A DNA stretch of 48,140 nt from Isurus oxyrinchus. Taxonomy: Eukaryota. Below are positions 23,473 to 35,419 of the stretch, one piece after another. The notes under the pieces are model-generated. The model was not told the DNA's origin, ran no database searches, and was given only the letters and a program-made list of their open reading frames with translations. Position numbers and translations under genes: made by a program. How positions within the stretch are numbered: position 1 is the first letter of the stretch; each line of letters begins with the position of its first letter. The stretch covers positions 196,788,001 to 196,836,140 of the forward strand of contig JANJGN010000005.1 of assembly GCA_026770705.1 (NCBI GenBank), in the 5' to 3' direction.

Positions 23473-24324
23473 TAATTCCTAATTTCATTAACACATGACA
23501 GATCTCAGTGACATCCCTTCCTAGTGAGTCTCATCCGACTGATGTCCTGCCTCTCTGTCAGCCTTGCATAGCCAACTTGAGACTTAATCACATGAGAACT
23601 CATTTTCAGTGTGGAAGCAAGCCATCCTCGACCCCGAGGGACAGCCTAAGAGGGAGAAGAGAGGCCCACTGCTGAGGATGCGCTAGGTGTCACTGTTACA
23701 CATTCCACACCTTCTGTACTCCCAACCCACACTCTCATTTTCCATCATTTCTTGCTGCCCCATCTATCAAAATTCATCAGTGATCACTAGTCTGTGCTGT
23801 GGATTTATCTGTTGTTCTGCAGCTTATGCTTGAGATGTTTGGTTGTCACAGCAGTCACAACAAGTCATGCTGTAATATTACCGTCAGAATTCACAACTGC
23901 TGTTCTGATTCCACTCGCAAAGATGAGTACCTGTAACATCAACTAGCTGTTAAGTTTTTAAAATGTGTCAGGATATTTTCAAAACACAAAGTAGGTATAG
24001 AAAACGTGGCAATTCTTAGAATGCAGAATTGCTTCATGAAGAGTCTGCTCTGATAGCTATACATTCGTTAATTGTAATTATCAACCAATCATTAATATTA
24101 AAACAGAGAGGAAACACAGTCTGTCTGACTGGTCAATACTATGTTTAGAAATACGAGATGAGGGAATAACAATCACATCTGTAAAATTCTTCAAAAGCAC
24201 CATTTCAATTGTTAAAATATCAAATAACTCTTGAGCAAAAATATACAATTGATTGTTGGCTGCCATACTGTTCCTAACATTGTATCTCTGGTGTCAGCCA
24301 TCTTCAAAATGCCAGGAAAATGAT

Positions 24325-24595
24325 CTAAATCTGATACAGGTGTCCCCTCAAATGCCTAAACCCCTCTCCCTAAATCTGTCCTAAATCTGATACAGGTGTC
24401 CCCTCAAATGCCTAAACCCCTCTCCCTAAATCTGTCCTAAATCTGATACAGGTGTCCCCTCAAATGCCTAAACCCCTCTCCCTAAATCTGTCCTAAATCT
24501 GATACAGGTGTCCCCTCAAATGCCTAAACCCCTCTCCCTAAATCTGTCCTAAATCTGATACAGGTGTCCCCTCAAATGCCTAAACCTCTCTCCCT
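24325..24595. repeat. 56-bp tandem repeat, about 4.8 near-identical copies
   Basis: Units start at 24325, 24381, 24437, 24493 and 24549. Confidence 0.95.
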
Positions 24596-24714
24596 TGCCT
24601 GATAACCTGCAAAATGTCCATGCATATGTTGATCTGGCCCATAATCGCCACGTCCATTTGACACCCATATCTCCATTAGATTCCAGTTAATCATCCACCT
24701 CACCTGCACCTTTG

Positions 24715-24908
24715 CAAAAACAGATACAGAAATACCTGGAAAAACTCAGCAGGTCTGGCAGCATCAGCGGAGGAGAGCACAGTTGATGTTTCGAGTCCTC
24801 ATGACCTTTCAACAGAACTGAGATAAAAGCAAAAAAACTGCGGATGCTGGAAATCCAAAACAAAAACAGAAACAGAAATACCTGGAAAAATTCAGCAGGT
24901 CTGGCAAG
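24715..24908 (-). mobile_element. Short non-autonomous Penelope-related element, partial tandem, with hammerhead-like motif
   Basis: ACAGAAATACCTGGAAAAA.TCAGCAGGTCTGGCA occurs twice about 145 bp apart and flanks the motif at 24780-24820. Confidence 0.8.
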
Positions 24909-25184
24909 ACCTTTGTGTGGATTCAAGTTCATGTGCTATGGGCTAGAGGATGAATGGTGTACAACTAACCAGGCTACAAAATGGTCAAACCTGGATGACC
25001 ACTTCAACAGTATATCCACTTGCTCTGTACCAAATCCTCTAACTAAAACAAACTCATTCTGAAAATAAGACAAACTCCAAACTCTTCTTTCCACCACAAA
25101 GAGAGTAGCCTGAGGGAAACATTACCCAAGACCAACAGGTAAAAGGGGCATCAGCACAACACAGAGAATTTGGGCTTGTGGAAA

Positions 25185-25795
25185 TCAGTGGGACAGAGAG
25201 AGCCTGAGGGAGTCAGTGGAAGGTAGAGAGAGAGAGAGAGGGAGAGAGAGAGAGAGAGAGAACTTGAGGGAGTCAATGAGAGGTAGAGAGAGAGAGAGAG
25301 CCTGAGGGAGTCAGTGGGAGTTAAAGAGAGAGAGAGAGAGCCTGACGGAGTCAGTGGGAGGTAGAGAGAGAAAGAGAGAGGGAGACAGAAAGGGAGTCAG
25401 TGGGAGTTAGAGAGAGAGAGAGAGAGAGCAAGAACCTGAGGGAGTCAGTGGGAGTTAGAGAGAGGGAGAGCCTGTGGGAGTCAGTAGGAGTTGGAGAAAG
25501 GGAGAAAAAGGGAGAGAGAGAGCTAGAACCTGAGGGAGTCAGTGGGATTTAGAGAGAGGGACAGAGGGAGAGCCTGAGGGAGTCAGTGGGAGTTAGAGAA
25601 AGGGAAAGAGAGGGAGTAAGAGGGAGAGGGCCTGAGGGAGTCAGTGGGAATTAGAGAGAGAGAAAGATAGAGAGAGCCTGAGGGAATCAGTGGGAGTTAG
25701 GAAGAGAATGAGTCAGCGGGAGATGGTGGGTGTAAGACAGAGTGGATCAGTGGGAGCTTGAGAGAGAGAGTGAGCCTGAGGGAGTCAGTGAGAAA
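25185..25795. repeat. Compound GAGCCTGAGGGAGTCAGTGGGAG + (GA)n repeat
   Basis: Directly visible. Confidence 0.9.
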
Positions 25796-26309
25796 ACTAT
25801 GTGAACAAATCAGACCAATCAAGGAGTGTTGGCCGAAGACAGCAGGTAGGTGATTGTTTGTTTGGAAGATTCTGAAGGTGAGGAATGCGTAGCTGAAGAG
25901 GTTCAGGGACAGAGCAGCAATGTGTAGTGGGCGTGTGTGTCAGGAACAAGGTTAAAAAGACTCAAAGTACTGTCAGGATGAGTGGGGTAAGTACACAGTT
26001 AAGTGAATTAATAATGATTATTAGCTTAGAGAAGATTTGGAGGCATGAATTAAAATTAATAGCTTAAACAATCTACCAACTAGACTCTAAAAGAGGGGAT
26101 AAAGATTTTTAAGATCATGAATGGGCAGCTGAGTCCAGTTGCTTACAATACCTGGCCTATGTGGGAAACTCAGGATACTTCATGTATCTTGAGGGAGCAT
26201 GTGTATAGGAAGTGTCTTTAACTGTAATAAGAGCCACAGGACCAGGTTGCCTGATCTGGAGCTTGCATCCCAGGTTGGTAATGGAGGAGGAATGGGGTCA
26301 AGATACTGG

Positions 26310-26840
26310 AGGGGCTTGTCATAATTTTCAAATCTTCCCAAGATATGTGGACATGCCAGAGGATTGGTGAGTGGCAAATGTAATATCTTTATTCAAGAAA
26401 TGGTGTAAGGATATTCCTAGCAACCACAGGCCAGTCAGTTTAACATCAGTGATGGATAAGGTTTTAGAAACAATAATCAGTGAAAACATGAACAGGCACA
26501 GGAGTCTGAGTTATTAAGAAGAGCCAGCATATGGATGTCTAAAAGGCAGATCATGTTTGACTAATCAAATTGAATTTTTTGATGAAGTAACAGAGAAAAT
26601 TGATGAACAGAGTGCAATGGATTTTGTCTATATGGAATTTAAAAAAGCAAAAGTACCTTATAAAAGGCTGGTTAACAAAATTGAAGCTCATGAAGTAGGA
26701 GGATCAAAGTTAGCTTTGATAAAAAGTGTCTCAGGGACAGAAAACAAGGAGTCATGGTAAATGGTTGGTTTTCAAACTCGAGAATGCTGGACAGTGGTGT
26801 TCTCGAAAGTTCAGTGTTGAGACCACAGCCTTTTTGATAT
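26310..26840 (+). mobile_element. Decayed CR1 RT fragment
   Basis: CLTNQIEFFDEVT...MDFVYMEF. Confidence 0.8.
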
Positions 26841-26849
26841 ATATATCAT

Positions 26850-29690
26850 GCCAGGAGCAGCACCAGACATACCTAAACATGAGGTGTTAACCTGGTGAAG
26901 CTATAACACAGGACTACTTGCGTTGCCAAACAGCATAAGCAGCAAGTGATAGACAGAGCTAAGCGATCCCACAGCCAACAGATCAGATCTAAGTTCTGCA
27001 GTCCTGCCACATCCAGTCGTGAATGGGGGTGGACAATTAAACAACTCACCGGAGGAGGAGGGTCCACAAATATCCCCATCCTCAATGTTGGAGGAATCCA
27101 GCACATCAGTGCAAAATATAAGACTGAAGTATTTGCAACAATCTTCAGCCAGAAGTGTTGAGTGGATGATCCATCTCAGCCTCCTCCGAAGGTCCCCAAC
27201 ATCACAGATGCCAGTCTTCAGCCAAGTCAATTCACTCCATGTAATATCAAGAAATGACTGAAGGCACTGGATACTGCAAAGACTATGGGCCCTGACAATA
27301 TTCCGGCAATAGCACTGAAGACTTGTGCTCCAGAACTTGTGCGCCCCTAGCCAAGCTGTTCCAATACAGCTACAACACTGGCATCTACCTGGCTATGTGG
27401 AAAATTGCCCAGGGATGTCCTGTACACAAAAAGCAGGACAAATCCAACCCGGCCAATTACCGGCCCATCAGTCTACTGTTATGACATAGCAGATGGTAAA
27501 TGCTGAGCTGTTCAAATCCCAGAGGGAAACTTGAAACAACTGTCACAACTAATTTTCAATTTGTACAAATTTCGAGATGTGTGCCTTGAATTCCGCAGTA
27601 ATGAGACCACCAAGCTTTATGGGTTTTTATAAAACTAAATTAAACATTTATTAATAAGAGAAATTATTTTAAATACATAGATCTATAAATTACTGCTATG
27701 ATAGCTTCTAAATCCCTTACTCAATCTAACTCCCAGTTACAATTTTGTTAAGGCAACAGTAAGACATATAGATTTTTAAAGACCCAGGCAAAGAAACATG
27801 ATACCCTGAACAAGTCGACTTCCGAGTGAGATTTATTATCAGTGCTTTGAAGAAAGCAGCTTGAGGCATAGATGCTGAAGCGTTTTCACACTTGTAAGAT
27901 CTTAAAAATGCCTTCCCCTTACACACAGCTTTCACCCTTAATACATATTTCTCCCCTTTGAATGCAAATACCCATTGTTTCATTATGTATTTGAACTTTA
28001 TCTTCCTAATAATAAAAACTTCTCATAGCATTAAGTTTTACCAGTAATCTTTGGGAAAAATAAACACACTGTTTCTGATCTTCACCTGGACAGGTGACAC
28101 ATTTCACCCCTCTTTTGAAAGCAATCTAGTCTGGTTTATTTCAAAAGACAAATGTTCCCTTGATACCTATGTTTCTAAACTTCCCCATGTTTACCTAATT
28201 AACATTTCAAACCTAACCTCTCGTTAGATCAAAACACCCAGACCAGCTGCCTCTAATTCAATTAAATCTTATAGACACACAGACACACATATAGACACAT
28301 CCCACTATTACTTTATTTAACAATAAATTCCAATAATATCATGAGAATTACTTTATTTTCCTGATACTACTCATTAGCAAAGTGATCAAAGGTATCATTG
28401 ACAGTGCTATCAAGCAGCATTTACTCAGCAATAACCTGCTCACTGATGCCCAGTTTGAGGTCCTCCAGAGCCACTCAGCTCATGACCTCATTAGAGCCTA
28501 GTTAAGAGCTGAACTCCAGAGGTGCGGTGAGAGTGACTGCCCTTGACAGCAAGGCCGCATTTGACCAAGTGCAGCATCAAAGGAAATCTGGGATCAATGG
28601 GAATCAGGTGGAAAACTCTCCACTGGTTGGAATCATAGCTAGCACAAAGGGAGAAGGTTGTGATTCTTGGAGGTCAATCATCTCAGTCCTGGGACATTGC
28701 TGCAAGAGTTCCTCAGGGTAGTGTCCTAGGCTCAACCATCTTCAGCTGCTTCATCAATGATCTTCCCTCCATCATAAGGTCAGAAGTGGGAATGTTCACT
28801 GATAATTGCACAATGTTCAGCAACATTTGCGATACTTCAGGTACTGAAGCAGTCCATATCCAAATGCAGCAAGACCTGGACAATATCCAGGTTTCAGCTG
28901 ACAAGTGGCAAGTAATATTCAAGCCACACAAGTGCCAGCCCATGACAATCTCCAACAAGAGAGAATCTAACCATTTCCCTTTGACATTCAATGGCATTAC
29001 CATCACTGAATCCCTCACTATCAGCATCCTGTGGGTTACCATTGACCAGAAATTGAACTGGACAAGCCATATAAATACTATGGCTACAAGAGCAGGTCAG
29101 AGGTTGGGAATTCTACAGAAAGTAACTCACCTGCTACTCCTCAAAGCCTGTCCACCATCTACAAGGCACAAGTCAGAAGTGTGACGGAATACTCCCCACT
29201 TGCCTGGATGTGTGCAGCTCCCACAACACTCAAGAAGCTTGACACCATCCAGGACAAAGCAGCCCATTTGATTGGCACCACATCCACCACCTTCAACATT
29301 CACTCCCTCCACCACCAACGCACAGTAGCAGCAGTGTGTACCATCTACAAGATGCACTGCAGCAACTCACCAAGGCTCCTTCGACAGCACCTTCCAAACC
29401 CATGACCTCTACCACCAGGAAAGACAAAGACAGCAGAAAGATGGGAACATCACCGACTGGAAGTTCCCCTCCAAGTCACTCACCATCCTGATTTGGAAAT
29501 ATATCGCCATTCCTTCACTGTCGCTGGGTCAAAATCCTAGAGCTCCCTCTGTAACAGCACTGTGGGTGTACCTACACCACATGCAGCAGTTCAAGGTGGC
29601 AGCTCACCACCACCTTCTCAAGGGCAACTAGGGATGGGCAATAAATGCTGGCCCAGCCAGCAAAGCCCACATCCCATGAACAAAAAAAGA
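26850..29690 (+). mobile_element. CR1/L2-clade LINE (second family), 5'-truncated, interrupted by a solo LTR
   Basis: NPANYRPISL, VPQGSVLG, EYSPLAW motifs; 3' tail with A-run at about 29682. Confidence 0.9.
27477..28366. mobile_element. Probable solo LTR (890 bp) with 4-bp target-site duplication CTAC
   Basis: Interrupts the LINE. Begins TGTTATGA, ends TCCTGATA (decayed inverted end). CTAC at 27473-27476 and 28367-28370. Confidence 0.75.
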
Positions 29691-29719
29691 ATATGACTTA
29701 GATATTAGAATACAGAGTA

Positions 29720-30636
29720 AAATTTCATAATTTTCTGCTGATACTAAATTTGTATGTGTGGCAGAAACGAGGCTGATGCCAAATGACTGTAACAGAATAT
29801 GAATGAACTAGCAGATTAGGCAGGCAAGAGGAAGATGGAAAGAGTTGTAGAAGGTGACACGTTTTGTCTGACGGGATAGAGAGAGGCAATATAAACTTAA
29901 TGGTACAGTTCTTTAGAGAGTACAGGGACAGAGAAACTTGGGAATTCATAAACAGAGATGTTTGAAGGTGGTGAGATATATTGAGAAGATAATTAACAAA
30001 GCACATGGAATCTTGGGCTTCATAAGTGGAGGTATTGAATACAAAAGCATAGAAGTTATGCTGAACATTTATAAAGCTTTGGTTAGGCCAAACTGTATTC
30101 AGTTCTGGTCATCATACTCCAGGAAGGGTGGGAGAGTCTTTGAGAAGGTGCAGAGATTTACCAGAATCGTTCAAGGGATGAGGGATTTTGGCTTCAAGGT
30201 TAGGTTTGAGGAGCTGGGTTGTTCTCCTTGGAGCAAAGGAGTTTAGAGGATGATGTGATAAGTGTAGGGATATAATAACAGGTTCTGATACAGTGGACAA
30301 AGAGAAGCTATTCACATGAGCTGATTGTACAAGAACTAGGACCAACAGGTTTAAGGTCTCAGGCAAGAGATGCAGGGTAGATATAAGGGAGGACATTTTA
30401 ATGCAGTGAGTGGTAATGATTTGGAACTCACCACCTATGAGGATGGCAGAAATGGAGGTGGTGAATCATTTGAAAAGGAAATTGAATGGGTAATTCATCA
30501 TAATAAACTTGCAGGGCTACAGCCTTCGAGTGGAGGAATGGGACACATTGGATTGTGCTACGGAGAGTTGGTATGGACTTGATGGGCTGAATGGCCTCCT
30601 CCTGTGCCATTATGACTATGACTCTATGATTCTATG
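29720..30636 (+). mobile_element. Decayed CR1 3' portion
   Basis: KAHGILGFI...IEYKS...YKALVRP and CR1 3' tail. Confidence 0.85.
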
Positions 30637-31752
30637 TCTCTACAACAAAAGGTTTCCTTCAACCTCCTTCCACCTCACTTTTGATACTCAGCTTGATGAA
30701 TTCATGCATTTTTTCCAAGATTGAGCCTATTCTGCTGCCTCTCCCAATATTTCCTCACTCTTTACTTTTATCTATGTTTCGCAGCCTTCCTCACACAACC
30801 CCCCACAAACCCTATCCCACCTCCCATTTCTCAACAACCTCACCAACTCAAATCCTTTATAAAGTCCATTATTCTTGCAACTCAGCCCTGGCTGCCTCTT
30901 CTTCATTCCCTATCCATTTCTACATCATCAATTCCTCTATTCCGTGTCCAGCTGCCCTGCGTACCTCACGGTTACTTTTGAAACTTATTGAAATCTGACC
31001 CAGGTGCTCATCGTTGTCACCAGTCCCTCCATTCAGGATGATGGCTACTCAGGGTCACCAGTTGCTGCCACGGGTCTTCGTGGGACTGAGTCGGCTGATT
31101 TGTGAACCGTGGATCCTTGGGCACGTGGGGCAGGACGCCCCAGGGGGTAGTGCTATCTAGAGTGCAGGATTTGTTTCTGCTTCTTCCCTTCCTGCTCTTC
31201 CTCATCATTAAGGCGCTGGGACTCAGTGTGATGCAGCTTGGTGGACAAGTTGTCGCCATTTTGAACAATTGGCAGCAAGTTCCACCCAGTCATTAATGCC
31301 AATGCTTCAAAGAGAGCTCCAGAGTGTCTCTAAAACGTTTCTTCTCCCCTGGTGAGTGATTGGAAACCAGGCAACGTGCTGAACTTCAGCTGGATGGATA
31401 TTTGACAATCCGACCATTGCCCATTCTGCAGCTGGCACTAGCGCCTGTCCCCAGCTCCAGCGGGGTTCCCCGGACCAGGTGAAGCTGTGAATGCCAACTC
31501 GCGGTTGGCGCTAATCAATGGGAACGAGGGGCCTGTTTGCTGTGGGAAGCCCCAGGTTGAGACATGAGCGATCCAGGGGCTATAGCTCTGCCGTGAATCG
31601 CGACAACTGGAAGGAGGGAGGGTCTCGTGGTTTGGAAATGGAGAGGGCTAAAACTCATAGCGTGGTTCCCAGAGCTCCTGTTATCTCACAGTTTTAGGGC
31701 CGATGGATCGATAAGCTCTAGAAACTTCTTTCTGCAGCTTTACAAAGCAGGA

Positions 31753-31791
31753 GGTTTTTGTACGAAGGGTGAACACATGAACTGCACCGTG
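31753..31791 (-). other. 23-bp-spacer RSS of V gene D
   Basis: CACGGTG (31791-31785), 23 nt, ACAAAAACC (31761-31753). Confidence 0.94.
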
Positions 31792-32099
31792 TGATATGAC
31801 AGCGCAGTAATAGGTGGCTGCGTCACTCAGAGCAATGTTATCGATTATCAGAACGGCAGAACTTTCAATAATTTCCACATTGAATCTGGAGGTAAAGTCT
31901 GAGTGCAGCCACCTGCTTTTCTGTGACCTCAGATAGACAATGCCGCGGATGACGGTCTGTCTCTGCTGGTACCAGAAGATGGGTTGTGACCCTATATTAT
32001 CCAACTCTGCAATCTGGCAGACGAACCGCGCTGTCTTGCCAGTAGCCCTGGTGATGGTTAAAACCTTTTGTTCCAAAGACAGGAGAGCGACACAAGCGG
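31792..32099 (-). CDS. TRGV: TCR gamma V gene D, V exon (ACVALLSLEQ...RFVCQI...IFWYQQ...DAATYYCAVIS)
   Basis: Open V domain with a pyrimidine-rich CCAG acceptor. Ends at a 23-RSS. Confidence 0.93.
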
Positions 32100-32311
32100 C
32101 TGGTGAGAGACAGAGAGAGACACTGTTACCAAAGAGACTCATGGTGGCATTAGAGTCTTTACAACAAACTATGCTGCATGTATTGTAGTTCTTTCAGAGA
32201 ACCAACACAGACGGAATGGGCCGAATGGCCTCCTCCTGTACTACACGATTCTCCGATGCCATATCAAAGTGTCCTTTTCCAAAACCATTAAATTGTCTCG
32301 GGGCAACTTAC

Positions 32312-32351
32312 AAGACAGCAGAGTGAGCGCCGGGGCTAATGAATAGAGCAT
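32312..32351 (-). CDS. TRGV: TCR gamma V gene D (J-proximal) leader exon MLYSLAPALTLLS
   Basis: ATG at 32351, 40 nt, donor GTAAGT, phase 1. Confidence 0.87.
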
Positions 32352-32807
32352 CTTGCCCTCTCCGGCGGCGGTTCGTCTATGAAGCTCTCTGTACACCGTT
32401 CCCCTCCCGAGACTAACCGCCCCCGCTCAGTGTCAACTGGCCACCCTGCCTCTGACTGCAACCCGTACCATCCACTCATGGTGGGAGGGAGGAGTCATAG
32501 TCATCCAGTCATTCAGGACACATGGAGACCATTGAGGTCAACAATTTCAACAACTCAGTCCTCACTTTGATTCTGGTTTTTTTTGCCACGTGTCCTCTGT
32601 AGTTTGTTTTCCATGTGTTGGTCTTCAGACAGAGCAGTTCATTATCCTGCCGTTAAAAGTCACTGTGTTTCTACACTACAACCATTCTCACTCCCTCCCT
32701 CCTTTCTTCCCTGCTGCCTCTGCCATTTGATCTCTCCCACCCTCTAACCCTATCCCCACCGCCCCCCTTCCCCCCCATCTGCCCCCATCACATTTCTACC
32801 TCCCTTC

Positions 32808-32910
32808 GCTTCCGAAGAAGTTACATTGGACTGGAAACGTTAACTCTGTTTCTCTCTCTCCACAGATGCTGCCAGACCTGCTGAGCTTTTCCAGAACTTT
32901 CTGTTTTCAG
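32808..32910 (+). mobile_element. Penelope-derived fragment with decayed hammerhead-like motif
   Basis: CCGAAGAAG...GAAACGTTAACTC...GCTGCCAGACCTGCTGAG. Confidence 0.65.
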
Positions 32911-33199
32911 GTGCAAACCATTGGGTAATGGGAGGTACCTTTTCTTCAATCTCCTTGTTGGGAGCCAACAGGAAGATTGTGAGCGGCCAGTTCAGATGGA
33001 GCTACTAAACGCAGATGCAGGTGAGGCTATAACTGAAAATAAGGAAAAGGAAGAATTGTTTTGTATCCGTTTTCACGGTAGAAGTGGAGAAAATAGATAA
33101 ATGAATAAACGGGTGACGTTAAGGAGGGGATCTCGGTGTGTGTATGTGTATATGATATATATATATGTGTATATATATATATATATATAGTGAACGAAA

Positions 33200-34400
33200 G
33201 TACAGAGTCGTATATGTAAGTTTGCAGATGGCACAATAAATTGTGTAGATGGGAGCAGCAGTTTACACATGGACGTGGACAGATTAAATGAACAGGCAAA
33301 ACGGCGGCAAGTGGAGTTCAAAGTGGGGAAATGGGAAATCATTTACTTTGGATCCGAAAAAGAGAAACTGGAATATTTTCTTAATAGAGAGAATCTAGGA
33401 ACTGTGGGAAAGCACTAGAATTTCCGTGTTCATGTGACTAAAAGCTAGGGGCACAGGAACTAAGTGGAATCGAGAGGAACATTCAAATATTGGCCTTTGT
33501 TACAAAGAAAGAAAAACTTCCTGAACTATAATCTCCGGTAATGTAAGAACCACAGAGATCAATCTGTACACACACGGCGCCACAAGCAATGTCATCACCT
33601 TAGACATTTCGGTTGAGGGATTGATATTGGTCAGGACACCAGGGAGAATCCCCTGCTCTTCTGTAGAATAGAGTCATGGAGACTTCTATTTTCACCTGAT
33701 AAGGCAGGCTGGCCTCAGTTTCATGGCTCATCTGATAGGTGCCTCATTAGGATGTCAGTCTAGGTTCTAGGCTCAAGTCTCTGGAGTGAGACCTCAGCTC
33801 ATGAGTTTCCAACTCAGAAGTGAAAGTGTTGCCACTAAAGCTAAACTAAACTGTTGCCACAATTATCAAAGAATTGAAATACAAAGGTTCGGTTGTACAC
33901 CGTTTTGATCAGGCCCCATCTGAAGAATTGCATTCATTTTTGGACACTCGGCCTCAGAAAAGGTACTTTGAATTGGAAGGTTTGCAGTGTAGAATCACCA
34001 TAACGATGAGCTACATTATGAGGACAGATTGCATGAAGTTGGCTTGTACTCTCTTGAGAATGAATGATTGAGGAGTGATCTAATCAATGTGTTCAAAATG
34101 ATAGACTAGATTCAGAGAAAGGATGGTCTCGTGGGAGAATGGTGTAACTTGGTCCATCCAGGGCTGAAATCAGGAAACAGGGCTTCACATTGAGGGGAGT
34201 AGAAAGCGGGAACTCTCCCTCCAAAAGGCTGTGGAGTCAATTGACATTGTTAAGGTGACGGTGGATTTTTGTATGGATATGAAGGGACCCCGAGCAAAGG
34301 AAGGTTGATGGACCTGAAATACATATTTGCCATAATCTAACTGAATGGGAATGTAAGTTCCTCGGCTAAATGACCTCCTCGTCATATTCATATACATTTA
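33200..34400 (+). mobile_element. Decayed CR1 fragments with a minus-strand Deu-SINE (about 33610-33840) inside
   Basis: KFADGT-like RT remnant. GGACACCAGGGAGAATCCCCTGCTCTTC is the reverse complement of the Deu core. Confidence 0.65.
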
Positions 34401-34954
34401 ATTAAAAGAAGAGCCAAGTTCCTAATAAAGGAGAAATGTCAGTAAAAGAGGAGTGGGAAAGTGAACAGAGGCCGCTGGAAAAATCAACAAGTTAGAATTT
34501 ATTTGTAAAAAGTCAACCAATTTGTTTCCGTGGAGATCTCTAAAGTTGGAGAGCAAAGTAGGAAGGGGGAGGGTTTAGAAAAGATTTCCAACCCCCCACC
34601 CCACCCCGTGTAGACCTTAGAGACTGAATGATGATGGAGCAGAGAGTTACAAGGTTACAGAGAGGTGCATAGGTTAACAATGGAAAAGCGTGGGGTGATA
34701 GAGAGCAAGATTCAGCCTGTATCCCCTCGGGAATCAGTGCCCACTCTTTACCATCTGTGGAGAGAAATACGTGCGCTGTCTGTGTCCTGTTCTCCTGTTG
34801 ATGTTCCAGGGTGTATAAAGGTAAAGCAATGAAGGATGGTTAAGGGTGGTTGTTTACATTGTGTCAGTTTATGATATTCGAGAGAGGAAGATTGTGGCGG
34901 TTTCCAGTTGAGTCGGATGTGGTTTGGGGCCGATGTTTGAATTGCAGTGTGTTG

Positions 34955-34993
34955 AGTTTTTGTAAGCGGGTTGAATGGCTGTTTAATGCTGTG
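34955..34993 (-). other. 23-bp-spacer RSS of V gene C
   Basis: CACAGCA (34993-34987), 23 nt, ACAAAAACT (34963-34955). Confidence 0.93.
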
Positions 34994-35294
34994 GTCTTCC
35001 AATAGGCACAGTAATAAGTGGCGGAATCCTCTGCCTTTATGTTCTTAATACGGAGAATGCATTGGCTGTTTCCAGTCTTCTCCGCCTCAAACCTTTCATC
35101 GAATCCATCGTCCCGAGTAACGGTGTTATCGATATAGAGTATCCGGACGGGCTGTTTTCCCACCGCCTGTTTGTACCAGTGGATAACTGAAGAACTGACC
35201 GATAACCCCAGCTCACACGTAATAGTGGTGCTTCTCCCATGTTTCTTGGTGACTGAAAGTTGATTCTGTTTCAAATCTTGAGCAAAATACCCAT
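34994..35294 (-). CDS. TRGV: TCR gamma V gene C, V exon (GYFAQDLKQ...ITCEL...IHWYKQ...DSATYYCAYWK)
   Basis: Open V domain with both Cys and the conserved Trp. CCACAG acceptor. Confidence 0.96.
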
Positions 35295-35379
35295 CTGTGG
35301 GAAAATAAATACCAAATTACAATTAATTTTAAAGTCGAAGAAAACAAATACAATGTCGATAAAGAATAAATCAACTTAC

Positions 35380-35419
35380 GTAGAAAAAATAGAACTAAAG
35401 CGACCCCACGCAGCAACAT
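35380..35419 (-). CDS. TRGV: TCR gamma V gene C leader exon MLLRGVALVLFFL
   Basis: ATG at 35419, 40 nt, donor GTAAGT, phase 1. TATA-like TTTATATA about 40 bp upstream (35458-35465). Confidence 0.9.
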
